Shown here: positions 27,357 to 38,930 of the stretch, piece by piece
Numbering within the stretch: the first letter of the stretch is position 1
How the letters are laid out: the number at the start of each line of letters is the position of its first letter
Assembly (NCBI RefSeq): GCF_006345805.1
Contig: NC_043005.1
Span: 79,856,001 to 79,920,000 of the forward strand
DNA length: 64,000 bases
Reading direction: 5' to 3'
Source: Octopus sinensis
Taxonomy: Eukaryota
Position numbers and translations under genes: made by a program
The notes under the pieces: model-generated
Databases searched by the model: none
Told to the model about the DNA's origin: nothing
The model's input: the letters and a program-made list of their open reading frames with translations, nothing else

Positions 27357-28117
27357 CAGTAGTTTTATTTTTATAGCGTGCTTTCACTTCACTACCGAGC
27401 GCAGCTCTGTGTGCCTTGGGTATGTGCTGTGATTTGTTGTGATGCTCTGATGGTTATTGTATGGAAAGTGTTCTGCGTAGGATGTGTGCAGTGCCTAGTA
27501 GTGCAATTTTCTGTATGTTATATGTGTTTGTAAGTCCTGGTGTTTTTGTTATGTATTTGTCTGAATATTTTTTTATCATGCCTAATGCACCTACTATGAT
27601 AGGAATTGTTTCTGTTTTCAGATTCCACATTCTAGTTACCTCTATTTCCAGGTCTTGTATTTTGAGAGTTTCTCCATTTCTTTTAGAGACACGTTGTCAT
27701 CTGCCGGTATTGATACATCAATTAGAAAGCATTTTTTTTCTTCATGATCTCTGACAACTATATCTGGTCTGTTGGCCTTAATTTCTCTATCTGTGTGTAT
27801 CGGCATATCCCAGAGTATGGTTGCTTTCTCGTTTTCTGTGACCTTTTCTGGTGTGTGCCTATACCATCTTTTTTCTGTTGTTATTCCATAATGTTGGCAT
27901 AGCTTCCAATGTATGTAGGTCCAACTCTGTCATGTCTGTGAATATATTCCTTCTTAGCCAGGACTGGGCAGTTAGAGATAATATGATTTATTGTTTCTTG
28001 TCCGTCTCCACATATTCTGCAGTTACTTGTAATATTTCTTTTCATTACATGTTTTTGGTAATTTCTGGTGGGGAGGCTTTGGTCTTGTGCTGCAATTAAA
28101 AATCCCTCTGTTTCTGC
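27357..28117 (-). mobile_element. Dong/R4-like RLE non-LTR retrotransposon, 5'-truncated (family 2)
   Basis: Manual translation: AETEGFLIAAQDQSLPTRNYQKH..CRICGDGQETINHIISNCPVLAKKEY..ILWDMPIHTDREIKANRPDIVV..IDVSIP..IIVGALG..HILRRTLSIQ* (stop 27454-56). Two 1-nt deletions; (TAA)n on both sides. Confidence 0.92.
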
Positions 28118-28162
28118 TTATTATTATTATTATTATCATCATTGTTATTATTATTATTATTA

Positions 28163-28211
<49 letters not shown>

Positions 28212-28356
28212 CTTCATTATTATTATTATTATTATCATTATTATTATTATTATCATCATTGTTATTATTATTATTATTATTAGCGTCATTGTTATTATTA
28301 TTATCATTATTATCATATTATTATTATTATTATTATTGTTATTATTATTATTATTA

Positions 28357-28429
<73 letters not shown>

Positions 28430-28458
28430 ATTATTATTATTATCATCATCATCATCAT

Positions 28459-28675
28459 TAAGGCGGTGAGTTGGCAGAATCTTTAGGACGTCGGGCGAAA
28501 TACGTAACCGTATTTCGCCTTTCTTCACCTTCTGAGTTCACATTCCACCGGCGTCGACTTCGCCTTTCATTTTTTTCAGTGTCGATGAAGTAAGTAACAG
28601 TGAAACACTGGGGCCGATGTAATCGGTTTATCCTTTCCCCCCAAATAGCTGCACTTGTCGCAAAATTTGAAACCA
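28459..28675 (+). mobile_element. SINE family A copy within (TTA)n array
   Basis: AAGGCGGTGAGTTGGCAGAA head and diverged body. Confidence 0.8.
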
Positions 28676-28704
28676 TTATTATTATTGTTGTTATTATATT
28701 ATTA

Positions 28705-28743
<39 letters not shown>

Positions 28744-28781
28744 CATCATCATTATCATTATTATCATCATTATTATCATTA

Positions 28782-28870
<89 letters not shown>

Positions 28871-30187
28871 TCATTATCATTATTATTTAATTTTAATCAG
28901 TATGTTTCTTACAATCGCTCGCCAAGTCACACCCAGCATCCTAGAGCGAGTGAAGGATAAGAGATGTTACAGTATGACTGAAAGCTTGGGGAAGAGAAGT
29001 GCCAGAGGAAGTAGCGAAATATCTTCATGTAGTACAACACATTTAAATTGATAGGATTTTTCTAAATATGCGGGCAGTACTTTTCAACACAATCTTTTGA
29101 ATTTATCTGAGAAATGGCTTTCCTTCAGTTTCCGTCTACCAAATCTACTCACAAGACTTTGTGCGACTCGAAGCTATAGTAGAAGACACTCACTGTAGGT
29201 TCCACGCTGTGGGACTGAACCGGAGCCATGTGGTTGTGAAGCAAATATCTTACCACACAGCCAGGTTTGCGCCAGAGAACATAGCATTTAACTATGTTTC
29301 TATTATAATTATATATGTTCTTCAGCCCTGAAACTAAAGTCGATTAAAAGAAAACGCACCACTCGAGTTGGTCTCACCAGCTTCCACTCTATTTCCACTT
29401 GCCAAATTTACAACTTAGGCCCTGATAAGCCAGAAAACGCTGTTTTAAAACGCCGTGCATTGAGACTGAACCTGCAACCACAATGTTACTAAGCCACTTT
29501 GTTTACCACACAACCATTCCTCGCGCCTATAACAATTTTCTTATTCATCATTTGCTCTTTTTGGCTTTAAGTGAAAGCGATCAAAAATCTTCGAAAGTTT
29601 TAAAAAGAGTAAATATCATAAAACAAAACGTTGTTATATTTTCTCCCGAGGTAAATGGGAAATTGCGTACTAGAAGAATTTAAAGACCACCATCCAACGC
29701 TCCAATCACTCAGCTATCGCACTTGGTTTTTCATAGAAATGAACGTGCGTTGCCGACAGGGAGTGCATATAAGGCGCTGGGTGACAGCAACAATAAACGG
29801 AATAGAATGACACGATTTCATTACGTTCGACTTATGATACAGGATTAACATGAAAAAGAGAATGAAATATGGAAAGGCAAGAGGTGAATAAAAAAAACAA
29901 AAAGAAACTACATGGTAAGTAAAAAAAAAAGCACTGCAGGATGGAAAAAAATATTACTTGCCGCTATCTTTTCTACATATATCTCTTAGCGATTAAATCG
30001 ATTTTTCCGCTTGTATACTTTCATATGAGTATTTGTGTATGTGTGTGTGTGTGTGTGTGCTTGAGAATGTATGTATACCTACATTCATACATATATATAC
30101 ACAGGCATACATGCATACCTACATATATACAGACATAAATATGTAGATATGTATATATATATACATATATACATACATATATATATA

Positions 30188-30243
<56 letters not shown>

Positions 30244-30799
30244 AATATACATATATATACAAATATACATAATATGCATATATAATGAATGTACGTGCAT
30301 ACATACATATTTGTATGTGCGCCTGTATGTATTTATGTATATGCATATACGTACTACGTATCCACACATGCATGCACACGTAATTATTCATACATATAGT
30401 TATACACCTACAGCCGTAGTTGTACAAATATATATGTGCTGTGTGTGTGTATATATATATGTGTATGTGTGTGTATGTGTGCGTGTGTGTGTTCGTGTGT
30501 TAGCGAGCGTGTGTGTTTGCGTGTATATGTATATATGCATGTATATATGTATGTGTGTATACACACACATGTGCACAATATGTGTGTGTGTGTGTGTGTA
30601 CGTGATACTTATATTCAGTATAATTAATTTGGATATATCGCTGCCGAGATGTAAAGATGCATTTGATATATCCAGATGCAAGCATTGTGGCACAAGCTGC
30701 ACCCAAATGTTCTCTAGAAATAGCTTTGCGTTAGCTTTTAAGTGCAGTTCAAAAAGAAAAATTTAGCTGACGGAAACTGTCCCAAGGCCATCGTATAAA

Positions 30800-31290
30800 T
30801 CCCTCTGGGAATCTGTTAGCCAGACCTTACGCTGTCCTTATACATCGCTGGTTTCAATGCGCTTCCTTAGTTCCCCCGATTGCCCGTTCCTCAAACTGGA
30901 ACCTGAAATTTTTCAGTTTCATCTACACATCATCCTGGATGCTTTCAAAATGATGTCTGCCAATCTCTTGAATAACAGTCGACAACTACACGAATCATCC
31001 GGTTGTAACCTTGCTATTTGTCCGGTCATGCAGACTTTACACTTTCGGTGTTACGCGATCAAGTCTTTCACTCCGCTCCGTTTTTTATTACCTCTTTATG
31101 AACATCCATCAGCAATGATATTCGTAGCATGGCTCTTATGATTCGCTGTCAGCCTTTCTTAGTAATATCACGTGTTTAATTTGCGTATTAGATTGCTTGT
31201 AGGTCGGTGCCATTGTAAAAGTTGACAGGTAAGTCCTCCAGCTGTGCTTTGATCCAATTTGTAATCTAGAGTCGGTGTTAAGTTCCTTTC
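30800..31290 (-). mobile_element. Degraded RTE-like LINE RT C-terminal fragment
   Basis: Minus-strand pieces QRIIRAMLRISL..DVHKEVIK and GQIARLQPDD resemble the RTE C-terminal ERAML/GHIAR motifs. Confidence 0.5.
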
Positions 31291-31731
31291 TCATATTCCG
31301 TACTGGTTACCTAACAGTTCAGAACCGAGAGGTCTATAAAATATGTACCACAACTAAAATTTATTCTGAGGTCGATGAACTTGAGGAAACACTGGAAGAC
31401 ACTGAGTCAACACGATAGCAGACCAAGGACACCAAATGCTACAATAATAGTGGAATATATATATTTTATCATTTATCTACTACTTGTTTTAGGCGTTGGA
31501 CTACGGCCATGCTGAGGAACAGACTTGAAGGGTTTTTACTTGAAAGAATCGACCTCTGAACTTATTTTCAAAGTTTGGTTCTTGTGTTGTCGGTCACTTC
31601 TTGATTACGGTGGACGTAAATAATCCAACACCGGTTCTCAAGTGGTAGTGTTGGTGGGGAATACACACAATATATATATATACGTATGTGCATGTATGTT
31701 ATATATATATATATATATGCTATATATATGT

Positions 31732-31936
31732 TCTTTTATTCTTTTACTTGTTTCAGTCATTTGACTGCGGCCATGCTGGAGCACCGCCTTTAGTTGAGCA
31801 AATCGACCCCGGGACTTATTCTTTTGTAAGCCCAGTACTTATTCTACTGGTCTTTTGCCGAACCGCTAAGTAACGGGGACATAAACACACCAGCATCGGC
31901 TGTCAAACAATGCTATGGGGACAAACACACACACGC

Positions 31937-32016
<80 letters not shown>

Positions 32017-32210
32017 CATATATATATATATATATATATATCTATATAGTATATACCTACGGGCTTCTTTCAGTTTCCGTCAACCAATCCACTCACAGGC
32101 TTTGGTCGGCCCGAGGCTATAGTAGAAGACACTTGCCCAAGGTGCCACGCAGTGAGACTGAACCCGGAACCAGGTGGTTGGTAGACAAGCTGCTTACCAC
32201 ACAGCCACGC
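31732..32210 (-). mobile_element. SINE family B, full length with internal (TA)n
   Basis: Head (ACCACACAGCCAC), core CACTTGCCCAAGGTGCCAC, internal microsatellite, tail CTTGTTTCAGTCATTTGACTGCGGCCATGCTGGAGCACCGCC. Confidence 0.9.
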
Positions 32211-32339
32211 AGTTTTTACACGCTGGAAGAAGTAGTCAAAACGACCAAAACCACATTTAAGAGCAATCTTCAAAAAGAATGAAAAATAAAAAAAAACTTT
32301 TACCGTGTTATTTTAAGGTAACAAGGTAATAGTTATTTT

Positions 32340-32700
32340 TTATGCATTGATGCATTTGTGAAGGCATTCTTGAAAGTTGGCCTCCACTCTCTCCAGCATT
32401 GCTCTATGCATAATCCCATGGTTTCAACTGTTACCCAATGACCAATTTGCTCGGGTGGAATTGCAGATCTTCATGCAAAATACGCCTTACCGATCGATTA
32501 CCGATGCTAGTTTCAGTGCAATGCCTCCGAGAAGAGCGATTCGAACTCCGTATCAAAGCTGTCTAACACGTAGGCAAACACGTGATGCTCAATCGCCCAC
32601 AGGGCTATGGCATCACATGTTAAAAAGTAAAAAACACAATGCTAAGGCACTACGGACCAAACTGGGGCTGAGTAACAGACATTTCAAAAACGTCCGTCCT
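32340..32700 (-). mobile_element. Internally deleted Tc1/mariner-superfamily transposon fragment
   Basis: Minus strand RSSNRSSRRH..IGNRSVRRILHEDLQFHPSK..QLKPWDY (HTH region) joined to RAMLERVEANFQECLHKCINA (C-terminus). Confidence 0.62.
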
Positions 32701-32747
32701 CCCTGTCCCACCCTTCAGATATAATGAGTAGTTAATAATGACTTAGA

Positions 32748-33045
32748 GGAGGCACATGGCCTAGTGGTTGAAGCAGCGGACTCGCAGTCGAGAGATCGCG
32801 GGTTTGAATCTCAAGCCGGGCGATGTGTGTGCTTATGAGCGAAACGCCTAAGCTCCACGCGGCTCCGGCAGAAGGTAGTGGTAAACTTCTGCTGACTCTT
32901 TCACCGCAATTTTCTCTCACTCTTTTCCCCTGCTTCATGTAGCTCACCGGCGTCCCGTCCAAGTGGGGAACCTTTACGCCAAGGAAACCGGGAAACCGGC
33001 CCTTATGAGCCAGGCGTGGCTCAAGAAGGAACAAACAACAACAAT
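32748..33045 (+). mobile_element. SINE family C variant (same head, different 3' body, (AAC/AAT)n tail)
   Basis: GGAGGCACATGGCCTAGTGGTT head; 3' GGAAACCGGGAAACCGGCCCTTATGAGCC. Confidence 0.75.
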
Positions 33046-33894
33046 AATAATGACTATCAGGACTATCTACACCTGTTGCCATAAATATTTATAGGTTTAT
33101 TATCATGGCTACAAACAATGATGGATATATATGTTATCTTGGATATATACTCATAGACATATGATGACTGGATCTAATAATTACGAAGATATATATGTAT
33201 AAATATAACAAAAATTTTCACGCAGGAAAAAAAATATAGAAAAATTTGTTGTTGGAAATGCACCTGAATTTGAAAAACAAATAAATTTATTTACCAGACT
33301 AGTTTCAACAATATCTTTTGTTTATCAGTGGTAAAAATTTTAAATTGCAACGAAGAAAATACATGTGTAAAAGATTCAATGTTCAATAATATCAAATATT
33401 ATTTAAAGGTTCACAACATTCAATATTATAAAAAAAATGTGAATCATTTTGCGCAATATTCAATAGTGTTAGAAGTGATTGATAAGAAATGTGGATCACC
33501 AAAGGTTTGGTCATACTGAGTTAAGAGGGAGAAAAACAAGGGAGAAATGAAGATAGTAAAAAAAAAAAGGTTTTGCTGCAGTTTCTGTGGTTCATTTTCC
33601 GTCGTGTGCCGGGATATTCTCTTGTAACGGTGCCTCTTAGAATCCAGTGTATTTATAATATTTTCCGTGAACGGGACTAATTTTTAATTTGATAAAGTAC
33701 TGATGACGTCTCATTTTCTGATGGTCAAGTTTGTCGTCCTGCCTCATTGACTTCCATAATTTTTGTATCATTGAAATTTGTGAACATTTAAATAATATTT
33801 GATATTTTTGAACGTTGAATCTTTTAAAGATGTTTTTCTGCTTTGCTATTAAAAATTTCTACCATTGAGAAAAAAACACATATTCTTTTCTACA

Positions 33895-34060
33895 CTCGGC
33901 ACAAGGCCCAGACTTTTTGGGGAGGGGGCCAGTCGATTAGATCGAGCCTAGTACGCAACTGGTACTTAATCTATCGGTCCAGAAACGATGAGAGGCAAAG
34001 GCGACCTCGGCAGAATTTGAACTCAGAACGCAAAGAAAGACGAAATATCGCTAAGCATAT
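33895..34060 (-). mobile_element. SINE family A copy
   Basis: GGCACAAGGCCC tail, GTACGCAACTGGTACTTAAT, GAATTTGAACTCAGAACG. Confidence 0.75.
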
Positions 34061-34176
34061 TGTTGAAGTTAGTTTGGTACATGTATAAATAAATTTATTT
34101 GAAAACAGTTACAGGTTTTTCAAATTTGGGTGCTTTTTCAACAACAAATTTATATATATATATATATATATATATA

Positions 34177-34276
34177 NNNNNNNNNNNNNNNNNNNNNNNN
34201 NNNNNNNNNNNNNNNNNNNNNNNNNNNNNNNNNNNNNNNNNNNNNNNNNNNNNNNNNNNNNNNNNNNNNNNNNNNN
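34177..34276. other. Assembly gap (100 N placeholder)
   Basis: Exactly 100 N; true gap size and contiguity are unknown. Confidence 0.99.
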
Positions 34277-34681
34277 TGGAAGAGAAAAGAGAGAGAGAGG
34301 AGGATCAAAGAGGAGGGTCAGAGAAAATGGCAAGAATGTATATAAATAGCGAAGCCAGAATAACGGAGAATGAGGAATAAAAGACTGGCGTGGCTAAATT
34401 CTTTACAATGTAACTTTGCTTACAAAAGATAGCCACTCCTTCAGTCCTAAGGAAAATCCTATCCTACCATGTAGATAGTGTGTTGAAGCCGATAACAAAC
34501 TGAAGGTTTCGTAGTTCGCGTCATGTTAACGACAATGCCCCTTGTCCATTCCGATCGTTCGGCGAGTGAGAAAAGAAATGCATTATTAAAAGCAAACCCA
34601 TTTTCTCTCTTTCCTTTCCTCTTTCTCTCTGTCTGTCTCTCTCTCTTTATTTACCTCTCACTAAGTATCTATGTATCTATG

Positions 34682-34761
<80 letters not shown>

Positions 34762-34762
34762 A

Positions 34763-34811
<49 letters not shown>

Positions 34812-35056
34812 CCTTTCTCTCTAACTCTCTCTCCCTCTCTCCTCACACACGTTATATTACATAAGTTCCAGTCACTGGAGAATGTCCATGTTGGGGTGAC
34901 ACCTTGAAGGGATTTATCGCAAAAATCAACGCCATTCCTTATTTTAAGTGTGGTATTTACTCTAACAGTTTATTTTGCAGAAAAGCTAGGTTACGAGGAC
35001 GTAAACAAGCTTGCACCAGCTATCAAGCGTTGGTAGGACACACCTACACACACGTA

Positions 35057-35238
35057 GTATTTCGTCTGCCGTTACGTTCTGAGTTCAAATCCCGCCGAGG
35101 TCGACTTTGCCTTTCATCCTTTCGGGGTCGATAAATTAAGTACCAGTTACGCACTGGGTCGATGTAATCGGCTTAACCCGCTTGTCTGTCCTTGTTTGTC
35201 CCCTCTGTGCTTAGCCCCTTGTGAGTAGTAAAGAAATA
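35057..35238 (+). mobile_element. SINE family A, headless single body
   Basis: Starts at GTATTTCGTCTGCCGTTACG and ends GTAGTAAAGAAATA followed by (TA)n. Confidence 0.85.
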
Positions 35239-35458
35239 TATATATATGTATATATATAAATATATATGACGATCTTCCACAGTTTCGACTACAAAATCTA
35301 CTCACAGGCTTCGTAGGCTCTGAGCTAGAGTAGAAGACACTTGCACAAAGTGCCGCGGAATGTGAATGAACCCAAAACTATTTGCTTACAAAGCCAGCTT
35401 CTTGTTTACTTTACCATGAGGCGCCTAAAGCAAAAAATGTAACCTAATAAAAAAAGTA

Positions 35459-35531
35459 CGCCCAACGTGGGGTTCGAACCCACGACCCCGAGATTAAGAG
35501 TCTCGTGCTCTACCGACTGAGCTAGCCGGGC
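35459..35531 (-). tRNA. trnK-CUU: tRNA-Lys (anticodon CTT)
   Basis: Minus strand reads GCCCGGCTAGCTCAGTCGGTAGAGCACGAGACTCTTAATCTCGGGGTCGTGGGTTCGAACCCCACGTTGGGCG (73 nt). Full cloverleaf, A and B boxes, followed by TACTTTTTTT Pol III terminator. Confidence 0.97.
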
Positions 35532-36256
35532 TGCTGGTGCTTTTGGCTTATATCGAACTATATATGAGAATATCTTAACATTAAGTTGAAGGATTTCTCA
35601 ATATTTTTTATAGACCCCCATATTTCCTAAAAATAGTAGTAACTAAAGTCCATGTTCCAGTTAAATTTAGTTCAAGGTTTGCGTTGAAGTATGGATGTGG
35701 GACATGGAGTTTAGTTTTAAAAACTAAATTTATTTGATTTTGCGGATATATACGTTAGTATCCATACAACAGGAATGTAAGCACTGTGAAACCTAATATG
35801 CATAAAACGGGGACTTATATTTTGTGGAATGGACATTACCTGGACTTGTAATTCGGACTGAATGCTTTGGATGCTTGAATTTAGCCTATTCGTGTTAGCG
35901 GATGCGTTAAGTACTACTTAAATTATGTTTGTATAATATATTCATACGCAAGTATCTTGTTTGTGCATATATGTGCAAGTGTGAACATTTATACTTGGTA
36001 CCTTGCTTCATGAATTTTGTTACGTTGTTTAGTATTACCGTTAAAACAACATTACTGTTGGTTTCGTAAAAAATGGTAGTATATTACGTTAGAATGCACT
36101 TACTGAACTATACGAAGCATGATAATCCAATGAAATGTAATATACTGTTCAATGTTGTTCTTCATGGTTTTTGCACATGTGATTAATATGTACGATTTGC
36201 CTATGTGTGTATATGTATGTATATTTGTAGATTTTATATGTATATATGTGTTTATG

Positions 36257-36303
<47 letters not shown>

Positions 36304-36407
36304 TTTGAGTATCTGTCTTGTTTATTTTCTTGTTCTTATTGGATAGTAAGGGAAGCATGTTTTTTTTATATATCAGTATTATTATTATTATTTTAGAGTT
36401 ATGTATA

Positions 36408-36539
36408 TCCTCTGACGAGGCCTTTGGCTATTTAAACAGACAAATATAATCTTTAATGCATAAGACTATACTACAATGGCATATATGGGCAATTTAAGTT
36501 GGATTGTCTCTTGACCATAGGCTGAAACAGCTGTAAGGA
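36408..36539 (+). ncRNA. Type-I hammerhead ribozyme, canonical core, extended stem II
   Basis: Stem I TCCT(36408-11)/AGGA(36536-39); core CTGACGA (36412-18); stem II GGCCTTTGG/CCATAGGCT closing a long insert; GAAA (36524-27); palindromic stem III ACAGCTGT; GUA cleavage triplet (cut after 36535). Confidence 0.75.
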
Positions 36540-36873
36540 GCAGTTTATTTGTACTATTTTTATTTTATTATTGATTTGCATATTGATGTATATTGTTTTG
36601 TTCGATTTTCATGTTCTTATTTGTATAATTAATAAATAATATGAAATTGTAATATCCGTAAGTTGATGATCGAAATGAATTTGTTCCTCCATTTTCTTAT
36701 TTGTATTATGAATTTACGGTAAAATATTTTTTACCTTCACCCATTCAATACAATAAATGAATTATTTGCATTGCAATTTATAAGCCTTTATGTATTTACT
36801 ATACCAGCAGTATATTGGATAACTGATATCCCATAGTGGGTTACCTTCATAACCCCTATCTTACTTTGTTATA

Positions 36874-36915
<42 letters not shown>

Positions 36916-37191
36916 TATATTTATAAACATATATATTATATATATATATATATAATATAATATAATATATATTATATATATATATATTATTAATATGTAT
37001 ATTTGTGTGTGTGTGTGTATGGTAAACTTTCACGAGAAAAAGGTTTATAGTGACTACGAACTTTCGTTCAATCTTTTTCCCTTGAAATGTTTAGTAAATA
37101 TAAACTCACGTTAAAATTTATCAATAAAGCTTTTCCGGTTGATGCTAAAGTGTTCTTACAAGTCACTTTATATAAGACATCAACGTCAGCA

Positions 37192-37264
37192 GCCCGGCTA
37201 GCTCAGTCGGTAGAGCACGAGACTCTTAATCTCGGGGTCGTGTGTTCGAGCCCCACGTTGGGCG
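37192..37264 (+). tRNA. trnK-CUU: tRNA-Lys (anticodon CTT), variant with U52:C62 T-stem mismatch
   Basis: GCCCGGCTAGCTCAGTCGGTAGAGCACGAGACTCTTAATCTCGGGGTCGTGTGTTCGAGCCCCACGTTGGGCG (73 nt). T-stem GTGTG/CCCAC has one mismatch; followed by TACTTCTTTT. Confidence 0.93.
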
Positions 37265-37517
37265 TACTTCTTTTATTACGTTTTCTTTTAGGCTCTGTGT
37301 AGCCGAAAAAAAAAATTCTGTTTTTTAAGTGGTCTTCGGTTCAGCTGCCATGCTGGGGTACCGCTATGAAAGGTGCACTCGAACAAATCGACTCCATTAC
37401 CTACTTTTTTTAAACTTGGTCCTTTCTCTGTCAGGTTCTTTTGTCGAACCACCAAGTTAGGGAACATATACAAACCAACAGCAATAGTCAAGTGGTATTA
37501 GGAAACAAATACCACAC

Positions 37518-37570
<53 letters not shown>

Positions 37571-37571
37571 C

Positions 37572-37755
37572 TCCAACAAGAAAGCACAAAAAAAACACAA
37601 CGCGAGGACGTGGAACAAGTATAGTGTTATTGGACGCTCAGGAAAGAAGGAAAGTAGGAGGGTTTAACGTTTCGAGCGGAGCTCTTCGTCTGAAACATAG
37701 GAGAAGGAAAGATCCAGAGAAAGGAAGATAGAGGAAAAAAATCGCCAACGGTACA

Positions 37756-37760
<5 letters not shown>
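37572..37760 (-). mobile_element. Short non-coding element with minimal hammerhead fold (retrozyme/PLE pLTR-like)
   Basis: Between (TA)n and (CA)n. 37662-37696 on minus reads GTTT-CAGACGA-A-GAGC(TCC)GCTC-GAAA-CG-TT-AAAC. Confidence 0.6.
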
Positions 37761-37802
<42 letters not shown>

Positions 37803-37975
37803 GGTGCTGGAGTGGCTGTGTGGTAAGTTACTTGCTTACCAACTACATGGTTCCGGATTCAGTCTCAATGCGTGGCACCTTGGGCAAATGCCTTCTACTT
37901 CGGGACGACCAAAGCTTTGTGAGTGGATTTGAAGGACGGAAACTGAAAGAAGCCTGTCGTATATATATATATGTG

Positions 37976-38022
<47 letters not shown>

Positions 38023-38235
38023 TGTGTGTGTGTGTATGTTTGTCCCCGCAACATCATTTGACAGCTGATCCTGGTGTGTTTACGTCCGCGTAACTTAGCG
38101 GTTTGGCAAAAAGAGATCCGATAGATTAAGTACTATGCTTGCAAAGAATAAGTCCTGGGATCGATGTGTTCGACTAAAGGCGGTTCTCCAGCATGGCCGC
38201 AGTCAAATGACTGAAACAAGTAAGAGACTAAAAGA
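37803..38235 (+). mobile_element. SINE family B, full length with internal (TG)n/(AG)n
   Basis: GGAGTGGCTGTGTGGTAAG head, GGCACCTTGGGCAAATG core, tail CAGCATGGCCGCAGTCAAATGACTGAAACAAG. Confidence 0.9.
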
Positions 38236-38762
38236 AAAAGGACATGTATATATTTAAGTTCAAGAAATACATATTTAAGAAAGATAGAAGGATCGATAGA
38301 ATAGATTAAGCTCTAAAGGTATTGCTCCAGCATAGCAACGTTGAAATGACTAATTAGAATAATATAAATCTAAAAGAATACATTGGCTTTTACATACCCG
38401 GTTTAAAACAATTGTGATTCGCCAAGGTTAAACATCTAATCACAAGTGCCAATCCAGATCCAAAAGGTTTTACAAAGTCGATTTTCTCACTCTTAATACG
38501 AAAACAAACACAGGTATAATAAATGGGTTCATATTTTAGCGCAAGACCAGAAATTTCGGGGTGAGGTTAAGCCGATTACATCGTACCCAATCATGTACAA
38601 GGACATCAGTTTCGAAGTAAGTGAGTAAGTACATTATTTACATTATTTACGTTTACATTTACATTGTTAACACAACGTTTCTGCTACATCGGGTGTCTTT
38701 GGGAAATTTCGAACCTGGGTTCTCATTCCTAAGGTATTATTATTATTTCATTATTATTATTA

Positions 38763-38809
<47 letters not shown>

Positions 38810-38837
38810 TCACTGAATATATACACACACACAAACA

Positions 38838-38902
<65 letters not shown>

Positions 38903-38930
38903 ATGAAAATAGTGGGTACGTAGCCGCCAT

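Larger units (their letters stand above)
26050..28890. repeat. Long (TTA)n/(TAA)n field hosting two Dong-like elements and a SINE
   Basis: (TTA)n tracts at about 26050-26140, 27176-27356, 28118-28458 and 28675-28885. Confidence 0.95.

Noticed and set aside
34100-34400. Any feature or ORF spanning the N run
   Set aside because: Assembly gap; adjacency of the two sides is unverified.
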